The position numbers and the translations under genes are program-made. Of a DNA stretch of 64,000 nt, positions 9,401 to 18,411 are shown one piece after another. The notes under the pieces were generated by a model. The model did no database searches. It was not told the DNA's origin and worked only from the letters and a program-made list of their open reading frames with translations. Position 1 is the stretch's first letter; each line of letters begins with the position of its first letter. The stretch is from Bacteroidia bacterium (lineage in GTDB: Bacteria > Bacteroidota > Bacteroidia > NS11-12g > UBA9320): contig CBDCFW010000005.1 in NCBI GenBank assembly GCA_965216465.1, positions 64,001-128,000 on the forward strand, in the 5' to 3' direction.

Positions 9401-11863
9401 ATGTGGGAGAGAATTGCCAATACCATACTGAGAAATAGAAGAGCCTTAATTATCTTCTTAGTCATTGCTACCGGCATAATGTTATACAAGACATTTCAAG
9501 TGCAACTCACCTACGACAATCCTAAGTTTATACCCAACGACGACCCAGATTACATCGCATACGAAGAGTTCAAAAAAACATTTGGAGACGATGGTAGTGT
9601 TATGGTTGTTGGCATCAGTACCGATAAACTTAGAGAACTAGATTTTTTCAATGAATGGTACGACTTAACCGAAGAGCTAGATTCAACCAAGAACATCAAA
9701 CAGGTTTTATCGGTAACCAACCTTAAGGACTTAAAGAAACGAACGACAGTAAGCTATTTTGAAGAAGATTCGTTTACGACTGACGTATTCAAAGCTGAAC
9801 GACTTATTCCAACTAAACCTTCGAGCCAAGAAGAGGTAGATCAGATTTTTACTAAGCTATCTGACCTTAAATTCTATGAAGGATTACTGTATCTAGATAG
9901 TTCTAATTTCTCGCTAATGGCAATTACGCTAGAGAAGTCAATTTTGGACACCAAAGCTCGTGTAGGTTTCGTGAATGGTTTACAGAAAAAAATAGAGCAA
10001 GTATGTGAGCCACATGAAGTTCAGGTTCATTTTTCAGGACTGCCTTTTATTCGAACAAAGATGTCGCAGATGATCCAGCAGGAATTAGTACGATTTACTA
10101 TTGTTTCGATGCTGCTTACTGCTATGATTCTGTTGTTCTTCTTCCGTAGTTTGCCAACCTTAGCATTCTCGCTTTTAACAGTAATTATTGGAGTGATTTG
10201 GTGTATGGGCATCTTAGTACTACTAGGTTATAAGATTACCATGTTCGTTGGTTTGCTTCCACCGTTGATTGTGGTAATTGGAATTGCCAACTGTATTTAT
10301 CTGCTTAACAAGTACCACGAAGAGTTTAGAAGACATAGAAATAAAATCAAAGCACTGCAACGTGTAATATCAAAAGTGGGCCGAGCGGTATTGTTCACGA
10401 ACTTAACAACAGCTGTAGGTTTTGGAGTGTTCACCCTAACCGGAAGTGCTGTACTACAGGAGTTCGGATTAACTGCTTTCTTGAGTATTATGGCTGTATT
10501 TTTAATCTCCATAATCTTAATCCCTGTTCTTTTTAGCTTTCTTCCTCCTCCAAAAACTAAGCACACAAAACACCTGGATTATAAATTCTTAAATGTTTTA
10601 ATCGATAAGATCTCTTCTATTGTTCAACATCACAGAAAGTGGGTATATATCATTACGGTGTTACTTGTAACGGCCTCGTTCGCAGGCATGGCACTGTTGA
10701 AGAATGTGGGCTATATGGTCGACGATATTTCTAAATCAGACCGACTATATAAGGATTTAAAGTTCTTCGAACAAAATGTTAAAGGTGTAATGCCTTTTGA
10801 AATAATTGTTGATACGAAGCGTAAGCAAGGTGTATCAACGGTTAGAAGCCTACTTAACATTGACCTTCTGGAGCGTGAGCTGCAAGAATTTGATGAGTTT
10901 TCGAAGCCAATTTCGGTTTCTCAAACCATGAAGTTTTTGAACCAAGCCTATTACGACGGTGATCCACGAAGATACCGACCGCCAAGTGTGCTTGACCTTG
11001 GAAATATTATGAGTGCGGTTCCACAAGACGAAACCAACGAAGACATGATCAATAGCTTAGTCGACAGCGATAATCGTAAAGCTAGAATCAGTGTTCAAAT
11101 GGCCGACGTTGGAAGTGTTCGTATTAAAGAGTTGCGTGAAGAGGTTAACCAAATTGCGGATTCTATTTTTAACTATGTTAGAAATCGTGAAGACATATTC
11201 ACTGATTCGATAATTGATATCTCATTAATCGATACCGCAAACAATGTATTCGACACGACCTATTACTCCTATCCTAAAATCACCTATTCTCCAGTTGATA
11301 GTGCACAACGGACTGACTTATCAATTACTGGAACGAGTGTTATATTCTTAAAGGGTAACGATTACCTCATCAGTAATTTGCTTTTGAGCTTGCTTGTAGC
11401 TTTTATAATTATATCGCTATTGATGGCGAGCATTTTTAAATCGGCTCGAATGATTCTCATTTCGATAATTCCAAACTTAATTCCACTCCTATTTACTGCT
11501 GGGATAATGGGCTTCTTTGGTGTAAACTTTAAACCAAGTACCGTTCTTGTATTTAGTGTCGCTTTTGGTATTGCCGTTGACTTCTCAATTCACTTCTTAA
11601 CAAAGTACAAAATGGAACTTAAGCTAACCGGGAATATTGAAGTAGCCGTGAAGAGAGTACAAAAAGAAATAAGCACCAGTATGATATACACCGCGGTGAT
11701 TCTGTTTTTCGGTTTTATCATTTTTGTATTTTCTGATTTCGGAGGAACCATTGCCCTTGGTTTATTCACAGCCTTAACCCTGTTTATCGCATTGCTTTCA
11801 AATCTTGTTCTTCTTCCAAGTTTGTTGCTTTCATATGACAAAGCCAAGCTCAAACGAGCTTAA
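9401..11863 (+). CDS. RND superfamily / MMPL family transporter
   Basis: Two halves, each with one TM, a large periplasmic loop and five TMs; VIGIANCIY and FGIAVDFSIH motifs. Confidence 0.9.
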   Translation: MWERIANTILRNRRALIIFLVIATGIMLYKTFQVQLTYDNPKFIPNDDPDYIAYEEFKKTFGDDGSVMVVGISTDKLRELDFFNEWYDLTEELDSTKNIKQVLSVTNLKDLKKRTTVSYFEEDSFTTDVFKAERLIPTKPSSQEEVDQIFTKLSDLKFYEGLLYLDSSNFSLMAITLEKSILDTKARVGFVNGLQKKIEQVCEPHEVQVHFSGLPFIRTKMSQMIQQELVRFTIVSMLLTAMILLFFFRSLPTLAFSLLTVIIGVIWCMGILVLLGYKITMFVGLLPPLIVVIGIANCIYLLNKYHEEFRRHRNKIKALQRVISKVGRAVLFTNLTTAVGFGVFTLTGSAVLQEFGLTAFLSIMAVFLISIILIPVLFSFLPPPKTKHTKHLDYKFLNVLIDKISSIVQHHRKWVYIITVLLVTASFAGMALLKNVGYMVDDISKSDRLYKDLKFFEQNVKGVMPFEIIVDTKRKQGVSTVRSLLNIDLLERELQEFDEFSKPISVSQTMKFLNQAYYDGDPRRYRPPSVLDLGNIMSAVPQDETNEDMINSLVDSDNRKARISVQMADVGSVRIKELREEVNQIADSIFNYVRNREDIFTDSIIDISLIDTANNVFDTTYYSYPKITYSPVDSAQRTDLSITGTSVIFLKGNDYLISNLLLSLLVAFIIISLLMASIFKSARMILISIIPNLIPLLFTAGIMGFFGVNFKPSTVLVFSVAFGIAVDFSIHFLTKYKMELKLTGNIEVAVKRVQKEISTSMIYTAVILFFGFIIFVFSDFGGTIALGLFTALTLFIALLSNLVLLPSLLLSYDKAKLKRA

Positions 11864-11903
11864 GATATTTTTGATATCCTATCTGTTTTAGTATCATTGC
11901 ATT

Positions 11904-12488
11904 ATGTCTGAAGCGATACAACTCGATGCAGAAAAAGAGATCGGAAAATGGCTAAATGAATACGGCGATGACATGTATTCGTGGGCGTTTTATAAAACTT
12001 CAAATAAAGAAACTGCTGAAGACTTGGTTCAAGAAACATTTCTGTCTTCTTTTAAGTCGTTTGAAAAATACAAACCAGGAACGAATCCTAAAACTTGGCT
12101 ATTCACCATTCTTAATAACAAGATTATTGATTATTATCGATCAAGCAATACACAAAAATCAGTGAGTCAAACTGAGTTGCTAGGTAAAAAGATGGAAGAC
12201 GAAAATTTTGATCAAGATGGACTTTGGAGTAGCTCTCCTGTTTCAATGTGGGCCAACGAAGAAGAACACTTGCTTGACAATACAGATTTCTTAAATGTTC
12301 TTAACGATTGCATTGATGGCCTACCCCAAAATTGGAGGAATGTAATTGTGTCGAAATACATGGATCATAAAAAAGGAAATCAAATATGTCAGGAACTTGA
12401 CATTACTCCGTCTAATCTATGGCAAATGGCACACAGAGCAAAACTTCAGCTCAAAGGGTGTTTAGATGTAAATTGGCAAAATGACTAA
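11904..12488 (+). CDS. ECF RNA polymerase sigma factor
   Basis: Region 2 AEDLVQETF...KTWLFTILNNK and region 4 ICQELDITPSNLWQMAHRAK. Confidence 0.92.
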   Translation: MSEAIQLDAEKEIGKWLNEYGDDMYSWAFYKTSNKETAEDLVQETFLSSFKSFEKYKPGTNPKTWLFTILNNKIIDYYRSSNTQKSVSQTELLGKKMEDENFDQDGLWSSSPVSMWANEEEHLLDNTDFLNVLNDCIDGLPQNWRNVIVSKYMDHKKGNQICQELDITPSNLWQMAHRAKLQLKGCLDVNWQND

Positions 12489-12494
12489 ATAGAA

Positions 12495-12758
12495 ATGAAA
12501 GGTGTTATGAAAATACTAATGTTATCGTGTAAAGAAGCTGCGGCACTTTCGTCGAAGAAGAGCTTTGAACCGCTGACATTTAAAGAGAGCTTGCAGTTTA
12601 AAATGCATACCAGTGTATGTAAGGCATGCAAGGCGTTCAGTAAGCAAAACGAATTGCTCGATTCAGCAATTGAAAAAGCACTGAACAAAGATCGAATTGA
12701 AACGATTCAGTTAAGTGACAACCAGAGAGTTAAGATAAAAAAAAGTCTCTCTGAGTAA
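12495..12758 (+). CDS. Small soluble zinc-binding anti-sigma factor (zf-HC2/ZAS)
   Basis: Cys near the N-terminus plus HxxxCxxC (HTSVCKAC); lies directly after the ECF sigma gene. Confidence 0.78.
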   Translation: MKGVMKILMLSCKEAAALSSKKSFEPLTFKESLQFKMHTSVCKACKAFSKQNELLDSAIEKALNKDRIETIQLSDNQRVKIKKSLSE

Positions 12759-12792
12759 GTATTCTAAATTTTATTCGTTATAGACTATAGTT

Positions 12793-13215
12793 ATGAAGAA
12801 ATTATTAATCATTCTAAGTGTTGCCATGGTAACGGGATTGGCTTTCGTTATTCCGAGTTCAGAATCTGAAGGAACAGACAGTATAGAGTTTCAAAACATG
12901 AGACTTGAAGAGGTACTGAAATATGCTGCTGAGCAAGATAAACATGTATATGTAGATGTTTCAACCAGCTGGTGTGGTTATTGTCGTAAAATGAAAGCAA
13001 GCACCTACACCGATCCAGCGGTAATCAAGCATATCAATGATAATTATGTGAGCGTAAGCATTGACGCTGAAAAAGGAGATGGCCCAGCCATTATACAAAA
13101 ATACAGAGTACGTGCCTATCCAACCGAACTCATTCTCGATGAAACTGGAAAGTTGTTAAGTAAAAATGTTGGATACCTAAAACCAAAAGAACTTATTGCA
13201 TTTGCAAACAGGTAA
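12793..13215 (+). CDS. Exported thioredoxin-fold protein
   Basis: Signal/TM segment, WCGYC active site and cis-Pro motif AYPT. Confidence 0.88.
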   Translation: MKKLLIILSVAMVTGLAFVIPSSESEGTDSIEFQNMRLEEVLKYAAEQDKHVYVDVSTSWCGYCRKMKASTYTDPAVIKHINDNYVSVSIDAEKGDGPAIIQKYRVRAYPTELILDETGKLLSKNVGYLKPKELIAFANR

Positions 13216-13237
13216 TTTTACAAGCGTATATAAAATG

Positions 13238-13267
13238 AAGGCTCAACGTAAAGTTGAGCCTTTTTTT
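13238..13267 (+). terminator. Rho-independent terminator
   Basis: AAGGCTCAAC-GTAAA-GTTGAGCCTT stem-loop followed by a T run, just after the thioredoxin stop. Confidence 0.85.
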
Positions 13268-13425
13268 GTTTAAACAAAAACCTAATTATAATAAATAATA
13301 TAAACCAAACTTGAAGAGTTTTCAAGTCGCTCCTTCATGTGATTGGCGAACAAAACATGAAGGCCTCTATAGTAATGACACCTATTGTCATGATAATGTT
13401 GCTTGTAATCAATTTTTTTTGAAAA

Positions 13426-13806
13426 TTAATCAGGCTCCTTACAAGTCTGTGATGTTTCAATGTAGATGGTTGAAAATCCATTAATCACCTTGAGCAACGA
13501 CAAATCTGATGTTGCAATGGTATTTATTTCAGCATCTCCTAGTTGAATCTCAAAAGCAGATTTGTAGGATTCAAGTTGCTTAGTCCGCACCATTTGCCCT
13601 AGTCGATTTAATGATGAGATGTATCTTTTTTCGACTACTTTCAAATGCTTCCACTCGGGAAAAACATCGTAAAAGGAAGACCTAATTTCATCAGATTTGA
13701 TCCAAAGCACCTCTAAGTAAGAGCTGTTGGCAATCTGAGAAACAAATGATTGGATAATGGCCTTGCGTTGCTCGAGGTCTCCTTTTGGATTTAAGACAAT
13801 TTTCAT
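13426..13806 (-). CDS. Hypothetical protein (126 aa)
   Basis: ATG-initiated ORF filling the gap divergent from ileS; no motif recognised. Confidence 0.55.
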   Translation of the reverse strand: MKIVLNPKGDLEQRKAIIQSFVSQIANSSYLEVLWIKSDEIRSSFYDVFPEWKHLKVVEKRYISSLNRLGQMVRTKQLESYKSAFEIQLGDAEINTIATSDLSLLKVINGFSTIYIETSQTCKEPD

Positions 13807-13842
13807 CTTTTGATTCCCTTACAAATTAGCGTCTTATTTTAT

Positions 13843-13850
13843 TACCTTTG
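13843..13850 (+). promoter_or_regulatory. Bacteroidota -7 element (TACCTTTG) for ileS
   Basis: TAnnTTTG lies inside the 5' extension of the ORF-track call, so the real start is probably at 13873 or 13882. Confidence 0.6.
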
Positions 13851-13881
13851 CACACTTTATTTTAACATCGAAATGTCGTAC

Positions 13882-16800
13882 ATGGCGAATGCAAAAAAAT
13901 TTAACCAATACAAACAGCTAAACGTTCCTGCAACTGAGAAGGAAGTCTTAAAGTATTGGAAAGAAAACAACGTTTTCGAACAGAGCGTATCGAATCGAAG
14001 CAAAGACAACACATTTGTCTTTTATGAAGGTCCTCCTTCTGCTAACGGTATGCCAGGCATTCACCACGTTATTAGCCGTTCTATTAAAGATGTTTTTTGT
14101 AGATATAAAACTTTGAAAGGTTTTCGTGTTGAGCGAAAAGCAGGTTGGGATACTCATGGACTTCCCATTGAACTACAAGTGGAAAAAAAACTTGGAATCA
14201 CGAAAGATGACATCGGCAAGAAAATAAGTATTAAAGATTACAATGCAGCTTGCCGAGAAGATGTTTTAAAATTTAAAGATAAGTGGGATGACTTAACTGA
14301 AAAGATTGGCTACTGGGTTGACCTTGACAATCCATACGTAACCTACGAAAATGAATATATCGAGTCTGTATGGAATTTGCTAAAAAGATTGCACGAAAAA
14401 GGATTTTTGTACAAGGGACATACCATCCAGCCCTATTCTCCTGCTGCGGGAACAGGTCTGAGCTCTCATGAGTTAAACCAACCTGGAACCTATAAAGATG
14501 TAAAAGACACCACAATCGTTGCTCAGTTCAAATTGAGTAATCCTTCAGCCACAGGTCTTGACTTTGATTGGGGCGACACATTTTGCCTGGCTTGGACTAC
14601 CACACCTTGGACATTACCAAGTAACACTGCATTAGGTATTGGTCCAAAGATTGATTACGTTGCTGTTAAGACATTTAACCCATACACGCACAAAAAGATA
14701 ACGGTTGTGCTTGCATCAAAACTGATGAGCAAGTACTTCCCTTCGAAGAATGAAGCGTTAGCGTTAGATGATTATAAAGAGGGAGACAAGGCAATTCCTT
14801 TTGAAATAGTTAAGGAGTTTAAAGGTGCTGAACTCGTAGGTCAGTCTTATGAGCAACTTATGCCCTATCAACAGCCTACTGACGGAAAGGCCTTTGAGAT
14901 TATTGCTGCAAACTTTGTTACAACAGAAGATGGAACAGGTATTGTTCACTTGGCACCTAGCTTCGGTTCAGACGACTATATTGCCGCCAAACAGAATGGG
15001 ATTGGATCGCTTACCTTAGTTGATAAGCAAGGTAAGTTCGTAGATGGTGTTGGTGAATTTTCTGGTCTCTATGTTAAGAATTACAAAGAAGAGGATGAGA
15101 ATGCTGAAGGCTATCTGCCAACAGATGTCAAAATAGCTATTCGCCTAAAAACAGATAACAAAGCCTTTAAGGTTGAAAAATACGTTCACTCCTACCCTCA
15201 TTGTTGGAGAACGGATAAGCCCATCTTATACTACCCATTAGAAAGCTGGTTTATTAAAACAACGGCTGTTAAAGACCGACTTATAGAGTTGAATAAAACT
15301 ATCAACTGGAAGCCTGCTTCAACTGGAGAAGGTCGATTTGGAAATTGGTTGGAAAATCTTGTAGACTGGAACCTGAGCAGAAGTAGATATTGGGGAACTC
15401 CTCTCCCAATCTGGAGAACACAAGATGGAAACACTGAAAAATGTATAGGATCTGTAGAAGAGCTACGTTCTGAAGTTCAAAAGGCAGTTGAAGCAGGTCT
15501 AATGCCTGAGAATACTATCGATGAAAACTTTGATTTGCATCGACCATATATCGATGACATAATCCTCGTTTCGGATAGCGGTGAAGAAATGCATCGAGAA
15601 ACTGACCTTATCGATGTTTGGTTTGATTCAGGGGCAATGCCATACGCTCAATTGCACTATCCATTTGAAAATAAAGATTTGGTAGATAGCAGAAGTAACT
15701 ATCCTGCTGATTTCATCGCCGAAGGTGTTGACCAAACACGAGGATGGTTTTTCACTTTGCATGCTATTTCTGTAATGTTGAACGATTCTGTTGCTTACAA
15801 AAATGTAATGGCTAATGGCTTGGTTCAAGACAAGAATGGAAACAAAATGTCAAAAAGCAAAGGCAACACAATTGATCCATTTATGGCCGTAGAAAAATAT
15901 GGAGCTGATGTGATTCGTTGGTATATGCTTAGCAATGCGGCACCTTGGGATAACTTAAAATTCGATTTAGATGGTCTTGTAGAAACACAACGTAAGTTCT
16001 TCGGAACCCTCCATAACACCTACGGTTTCTTTGCTTTATATGCCAATATCGATGGATTTGTAAACAGCGAAGAAAGCATTCCTTTAACCGAACGTGCTGA
16101 GCTTGATCGTTGGATACTTTCGAAGCTTAATTCGCTTACACAGCTTGTAGAAGAATCAATGGATGATTATGAGCCTACAAAAGCAACTCGAGCAATTCAG
16201 AGTTTTGTACTTGATGATTTAAGTAATTGGTATGTTCGATTAAATCGAAGAAGATTTTGGAAAGGCGAAATGTCTCAAGACAAGATTGCTGCATATCAGA
16301 CCTTGCATTACTGTTTGGAGACCATTGCTAAGTTAATGTGTGCATTTAGTCCGTTTTATGCTGATCAACTTTACCGTGACTTAAGATTTACGAATAGCTC
16401 GATACATTTAGAAGACTTCCCTGCAATTAACAAGGCATGGATTAACAAAGAGTTAGAGAAGCAAATTGAGATATCTCAAAAAATAACTTCTTTGATCTTG
16501 AGAATTCGAAAGATGGAAGGAATCAAGGTTCGTCAACCTTTGTTGAAGGCAATTGTCCCTGCATTAAATTCAGAATTTGCTGATAACTTGGCCAAGGTTA
16601 AAGACGTTATCATGTCTGAAGTAAATATTAAGGAGATTGAGATCATTGATGGAGATTCAGACATTATCAAGAAATCAGCTAAACCAAACTTTAAAGTATT
16701 GGGGCCGAAGGTTGGTGGTGATATGAAAATGATTAGCGGTCAAATTTTTGGATTGAATAATGACCAGATATCAGACTTGGAAAAAGGCGGTTCAATTACT

Positions 16801-17187
16801 TTAAGTGCAAAGGATAATAATTACGATATAACTTTAGAAGATATAGAAGTCAAGACTGCCGAAATTCCAGGATGGCAAATTATGTCGGATGGAACATATA
16901 CAGTAGCACTAGACTTAGAGATCGACGAAGAGTTAAAACAAGAGGGTATTGCTAGAGAGCTTGTTAATAAGATACAAAATCTTAGAAAAGATAAGGATTT
17001 TGAAGTAACAGATAAAATTAGCGTAATAATAGCTGAACACCCATATACCAACGATGCAATCAATGCCTTTAATGAGTATATTTGCGGGGAAATTTTGGCA
17101 AACAGCATAACTACACAAGGCAATATTGATGGTTCAGACCAAGTTGATATTGACGGGAACCTGATTTCAATTAACCTTAAAAAATAA
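13882..17187 (+). CDS. ileS: Isoleucine--tRNA ligase (type 2, as usual in Bacteroidota)
   Basis: EGPPSANGMPGIHH (HIGH region), GWDTHGLPIE, WTTTPWTLPSN, DQTRGWF and KMSKS. Start moved from 13810 to the ATG at 13882 (13873 also possible). Confidence 0.97.
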   Translation: MANAKKFNQYKQLNVPATEKEVLKYWKENNVFEQSVSNRSKDNTFVFYEGPPSANGMPGIHHVISRSIKDVFCRYKTLKGFRVERKAGWDTHGLPIELQVEKKLGITKDDIGKKISIKDYNAACREDVLKFKDKWDDLTEKIGYWVDLDNPYVTYENEYIESVWNLLKRLHEKGFLYKGHTIQPYSPAAGTGLSSHELNQPGTYKDVKDTTIVAQFKLSNPSATGLDFDWGDTFCLAWTTTPWTLPSNTALGIGPKIDYVAVKTFNPYTHKKITVVLASKLMSKYFPSKNEALALDDYKEGDKAIPFEIVKEFKGAELVGQSYEQLMPYQQPTDGKAFEIIAANFVTTEDGTGIVHLAPSFGSDDYIAAKQNGIGSLTLVDKQGKFVDGVGEFSGLYVKNYKEEDENAEGYLPTDVKIAIRLKTDNKAFKVEKYVHSYPHCWRTDKPILYYPLESWFIKTTAVKDRLIELNKTINWKPASTGEGRFGNWLENLVDWNLSRSRYWGTPLPIWRTQDGNTEKCIGSVEELRSEVQKAVEAGLMPENTIDENFDLHRPYIDDIILVSDSGEEMHRETDLIDVWFDSGAMPYAQLHYPFENKDLVDSRSNYPADFIAEGVDQTRGWFFTLHAISVMLNDSVAYKNVMANGLVQDKNGNKMSKSKGNTIDPFMAVEKYGADVIRWYMLSNAAPWDNLKFDLDGLVETQRKFFGTLHNTYGFFALYANIDGFVNSEESIPLTERAELDRWILSKLNSLTQLVEESMDDYEPTKATRAIQSFVLDDLSNWYVRLNRRRFWKGEMSQDKIAAYQTLHYCLETIAKLMCAFSPFYADQLYRDLRFTNSSIHLEDFPAINKAWINKELEKQIEISQKITSLILRIRKMEGIKVRQPLLKAIVPALNSEFADNLAKVKDVIMSEVNIKEIEIIDGDSDIIKKSAKPNFKVLGPKVGGDMKMISGQIFGLNNDQISDLEKGGSITLSAKDNNYDITLEDIEVKTAEIPGWQIMSDGTYTVALDLEIDEELKQEGIARELVNKIQNLRKDKDFEVTDKISVIIAEHPYTNDAINAFNEYICGEILANSITTQGNIDGSDQVDIDGNLISINLKK

Positions 17188-17193
17188 AATACG

Positions 17194-17574
17194 ATGAAAG
17201 AGACCTTAAGATATAGCGACGCAGACTTAGCAGAATTCAAGGAAATTATCCTTAAAAAATTAGCTAGTGCAAAAGAAGAATTCCATTACCTAACTGATCA
17301 AATTAAGCATGAGAATGTTAACGGAACAGATGATACGGGTAGTGCATATGTTGCGATTGATGACGGTAGTGCTTCTCAACAAAAAGAAAGTGTAAGTCAA
17401 TTGGCTTCAAGACAACAGAAGTTCATTGACAATTTAGAAACTGCACTTGTGCGTGTTGAGAATAAAACTTACGGAATCTGCAGAGTAACCGGAAAACTGA
17501 TCAGCAAGGAAAGACTTCGTGCTGTTCCACATACTACTCAAAGTATCGAAGCTAAGAAAAACCAATACAAATAA
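17194..17574 (+). CDS. dksA: TraR/DksA family protein
   Basis: Coiled coil plus YGICRVTGKLISKERLRAVPH; conserved ileS-dksA-lspA order. Confidence 0.85.
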   Translation: MKETLRYSDADLAEFKEIILKKLASAKEEFHYLTDQIKHENVNGTDDTGSAYVAIDDGSASQQKESVSQLASRQQKFIDNLETALVRVENKTYGICRVTGKLISKERLRAVPHTTQSIEAKKNQYK

Positions 17575-17575
17575 T

Positions 17576-18214
17576 TTGGAATCTCCTGCGGCAAAAAATA
17601 GAAAAATGGTATGGCTGGTACTGTTAACGGTACTTGTCGTGCTCTTTTTAGACCAGTGGCTTAAGTTTTATATTAAGACTACATTTACACTTGGTGAGAG
17701 CAGAACCGTATTTGCTGACTGGTTTGAACTACACTTTACTGAAAATCCAGGAATGGCCTTTGGCTTAAGCTTTGGCGGCGATTGGGGTAAAATTGCATTA
17801 ACCGTATTTCGCTTAATTGCTTCTGGATTGATCATTTACTATATCTATTCTTTAATTAAAGAGAAAGCTAAACCCGCACTAATTGTTCTGGTCTCTTTAA
17901 TTCTTGCTGGAGCTCTTGGGAATATTATCGATTCATTATTTTATGGTGTGGTATTTAGTACAAGCTACTACCATGAAGTTGCTCAATTTATGCCTGCTGA
18001 CGGAGGGTATGCTCCTTTGTTCATGGGTAAGGTAGTTGACATGTTGTACTTTCCATTAATTGACACTTTTTGGCCAGAATGGATGCCATTTGTAGGCGGA
18101 GAGCGTTTTCAGTTCTTTCGACCAGTATTTAACATTGCCGATGCTGCAATCAGTATTGGTGTCTTTCTAATTATCGTTTTCAGAAATTTTCTTTTCACTA
18201 AAAGTGTAGATTAA
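17576..18214 (+). CDS. lspA: Lipoprotein signal peptidase (SPase II)
   Basis: DQWLK, ENPGMAFG, GALGNIIDS, VVDM and PVFNIADAAI. Start is probably TTG 17576 or ATG 17606 rather than 17519. Confidence 0.94.
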   Translation: MESPAAKNRKMVWLVLLTVLVVLFLDQWLKFYIKTTFTLGESRTVFADWFELHFTENPGMAFGLSFGGDWGKIALTVFRLIASGLIIYYIYSLIKEKAKPALIVLVSLILAGALGNIIDSLFYGVVFSTSYYHEVAQFMPADGGYAPLFMGKVVDMLYFPLIDTFWPEWMPFVGGERFQFFRPVFNIADAAISIGVFLIIVFRNFLFTKSVD

Positions 18215-18305
18215 TCCTCGTTTATTCTTCTTGTAAAGCCCCTGCTTTTCACAACTCGAATTGGCTGATTTATAGAGATTACTAAAAAAATAATAACATA
18301 TTTTT

Positions 18306-18337
18306 TTTGATTTTTTAAAGTCAGAAACTTACTTTCG
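18306..18337 (+). promoter_or_regulatory. Candidate sigma-A promoter of the giant repeat gene (-33 TTTG, 20-nt spacer, -7 TACTTTCG)
   Basis: TTTG at 18306-18309 and TACTTTCG at 18330-18337, with Bacteroidota-like spacing. Confidence 0.5.
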
Positions 18338-18411
18338 TTTAAAATTGCTTGAGAAAAGTATCGTTAGCGATTACGATTCTTGGGCACTAATTGAACCTAA
18401 CCTTATTAATT

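Noticed and set aside
13810-13881. Hydrophobic N-terminal extension on IleRS in the ORF track
   Set aside because: It comes from an upstream TTG. A consensus -7 promoter lies within it, so the true start is downstream.
18284-18316. A7/T8/T6 homopolymers near the giant gene promoter as a phase-variation switch
   Set aside because: The runs are short and common in AT-rich intergenic DNA, and a single sequence gives no evidence of variability.
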